A stretch of 64,000 nt of DNA. Origin: Squalus acanthias (Eukaryota). The notes beneath the pieces are model-generated. The model saw nothing but the letters and a program-made list of their open reading frames with translations. It did not search any database and had not been told where the DNA came from. Below are positions 61,734 through 64,000 of the stretch, piece after piece (position 1 is the stretch's first letter; each line of letters opens with the position of its first letter). Both the position numbers and the translations under genes were made by a program. The stretch lies in the NCBI GenBank assembly GCA_030390025.1, contig CM059434.1, forward strand, positions 33,852,001 to 33,916,000, in the 5' to 3' direction.

Positions 61734-63354
61734 ATCTCTTAGCAAGCAAAGTAATGAAGGCCAGAAACCAAAGTACCAGCGAAGTTAGGATGAGTAGCCA
61801 AAAGTACCTCACACAGCGTTGACTCAATGCAGAAGTCTCTCTTTCTCTCTCTCCGAATCTCTCTCTCTCTCTCAGAACGAGTGGTGCAAAATTGTCAACC
61901 ACAGAGAAAGACAGGAAGAGGCCCCCTTTAAATAGCGCCCCCCCCCAGCCCCACAGCGATTGTTAGCGTTCCACTCTTCCGGTCGTTGGATGCGCCAGGC
62001 GGTAAGGATGGGGGCGCCACTGAAATTCTGCTCCGGGGCGCCACAAGGGCGTTGCACTCTCGTATGACGTCACAATCTGCGCGCGCAGGAGATCGCGGCG
62101 ATAAAGTTTAGCGCCGCCGCAAAATGTCTAGTTAAGTTCGCGAGCGGCGCAAACATCGCTGCGCCCGGGCACTAGCTGCTTTGCGCCTCATTAGCGCCCT
62201 CTTAAGGTGCTAACGGGAGGCGCAACCAACTGAATTTTTCCCCCTATATGTTTATAAAACGTTTTAGGGTTCAATTTAATGTTGCCTGCTAATCTTTTCT
62301 CGTAACCTCTCTTTGCCTCCCATATTAATTTTTTCAATTCCCTCCTGTACTTTCCATAATCTTCCTGGTTATTAACTGAATCTTGCTCCTGACATGTGTC
62401 ATAAGCCTCCTTTTTCTGTTTTATTTTAACTTTTATTTCCTTTGTCATCCAGGGCGCATTAGCTTTGGATGCTCTACCTTTTCCCTTCAAAGGAAAATGC
62501 CTAGTTTGTACCTTGACTATCGCTTCCCTGAATGAGCTCCATTGCTCCGTTACTACTTTACCCTACAATCACCTTTTCCAATCTACCTGTGCTAGGTCCC
62601 TTCTTAAATCACTGAAATTAGCTCTTCCCCAGTTGAGCACTTTTACCTTCGATATTTTCTGGTCTCTTTCCATAATTATTTTAAACCGAATTATGCTGTG
62701 GTCACTGTTAGCTAGATGATCTCGTACTGTAACACACTCCACTTGCCCTTTCCCATTTCCCAGAACCAGATCCAACACTGCTACCTTCCTTGTTGGATTG
62801 GAGACATATTGATCGAGAAAATTCTCCTGTGCACATATCAGAAATTCCTTTCCTTCCCTACTCTTAGCACTGTTTTTCCCAGTTCATATTAGGGTAATTA
62901 AAGTCTCCTAATATTACAACTCTATTTTTGTTACATGCCTTTGAAATTTGCTCATCTATCTCCTTCTCACTGTTTGGAGTTCTATAAAAAAAACTCCCAA
63001 CAATGTAACAGCTCCCCCTCTGTTCCTCAACTCAAGCCAAATAGATTCAATCCTAGAACCATCTATTAAATCCTCTCTATTTAGAACTGTAACATAATCC
63101 TCAATCAATACTGCCACACCCCCTCCTCTTTTTCATTCTCTGTCATTCTCTGAATACGTGGTAACCAGGAATATTAAGAACCCATTCCTGGCCTTATTTG
63201 AGCCATGTCTCTGTTAATGCAACCATGTTATAATCCCATGTAGCAATTTGTTCCTGCAGCTCACCAACCTCATTAGTTACACTACGGACATTAACATACT
63301 TACAATTTAATACCTCCTTCGTCAGTTGTACTATTTTCCTCAATCTGGTCCCTG

Positions 63355-64000
63355 TGTAAGGGGGCGTGTCTCAGACGGTGCTGGTGCGAGGTTAGGCCTT
63401 CGTTGCCTATACTATTGCTTGCTCTGGTCTCCGGCCAGCCTTTTTGCAATAAGCACCTGTGAGTGGTTCGACCCACTCGCCCTTACGGTTCTAACACTGG
63501 ACTTAGGTGCAGGGAGCAGTAATGCAGAGAAAAACTCAAATAGACCCGGTTGAATAGTACGAAATGGAAATCTTTATTGCATGGCGTCTAAAACCATGAA
63601 ATACATGTCATAGGCGCAAATCAATGATAGTACAAGTATACATACATTCATAAAGCTTGGTCTGTGGAAATGGAGAACACACGGCACATCGTAGAAAGGG
63701 GAACACATTAAACCACCCTCCCTTAATAATACCTACACTACGTCTAGATTTGTAGGATCGGAAAACATGCTCACCACTCGTGTTACTTCAGAGATTTTTT
63801 AAAGTGAGGCACTCGGCTCGTTTCGCTGCAGCGCCTGACTGTCACGTGTTTGGAAGGGTCTCTGCACCCCACTTGTTTACTTTCGCTGCTGCGAAAAGCA
63901 GGCCAGACTCCCTGTTGTCATGAAGCAGTCGATGGACCCAAACCGGATCGTGCAGTAATCCGTAGAATTCAAAGATGAGTTCTGTATTTATATTTTCGGG
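63355..64000 (-). mobile_element. LTR related to 45594-47234, cut by the window edge
   Basis: Starts TGTAAGGG and shares CACCTGTGAGTGGTTCGACCCACTCGCCCTTACGGTTCTA, ATCTTTATTGCAT and CATGCTCACCACTCGTG with the other copy. Confidence 0.65.

Larger units (their letters stand above)
58826..62244. mobile_element. PIF/Harbinger DNA transposon (3.4 kb, family B) with convergent Myb/SANT and deleted transposase genes
   Basis: Perfect 15-bp TIRs GGGGGAAAAATTCAG / CTGAATTTTTCCCCC and TSD TAT. Removing it restores the CR1 frame FYKHIKRK. Confidence 0.92.
55190..63350 (-). mobile_element. Near full-length CR1 ORF2 (endonuclease to tail), split by nested insertions
   Basis: Pieces 55190-55930, 57796-58825 and 62245-63350 join up. 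Endonuclease LDLVLGN...SDH; linker PWMTKEIK...NPKTFYKHI; RT motifs; 3' UTR. Confidence 0.85.

Overview
Vertebrate genomic DNA. The repeat families (CR1 LINEs, a Deu-domain SINE, an HE1-like V-SINE, Penelope-like elements) and the RAG1 sequence point to a cartilaginous fish (shark or ray); the species cannot be determined from the sequence. Two host genes lie on the minus strand in tandem. RAG1 has a long ORF at 7135-10185 with catalytic and zinc-binding motifs intact, a probable non-coding exon 1 near 12609-12715 and an E-box/RUNX/MYB promoter. ELF5 (PNT + ETS) is reconstructed from six coding exons at 23083-38764, giving 252 aa. RAG2 is not in the window. Most of the rest is nested transposable elements: CR1 and L2 LINEs, several PIF/Harbinger elements and MITEs (one keeps an intact 3-exon Myb/SANT gene), a hAT MITE, two LTRs, SINEs and Penelope-like elements, plus a 365-N gap. 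Main points to check: (1) the RAG1 start codon in the expected position is out of frame with the main ORF; (2) ELF5, not TRAF6, is the 5' neighbour of RAG1, separated almost entirely by TE DNA; (3) an ELF5 intron holds a perfect 98-bp hairpin carrying a minimal hammerhead ribozyme motif.
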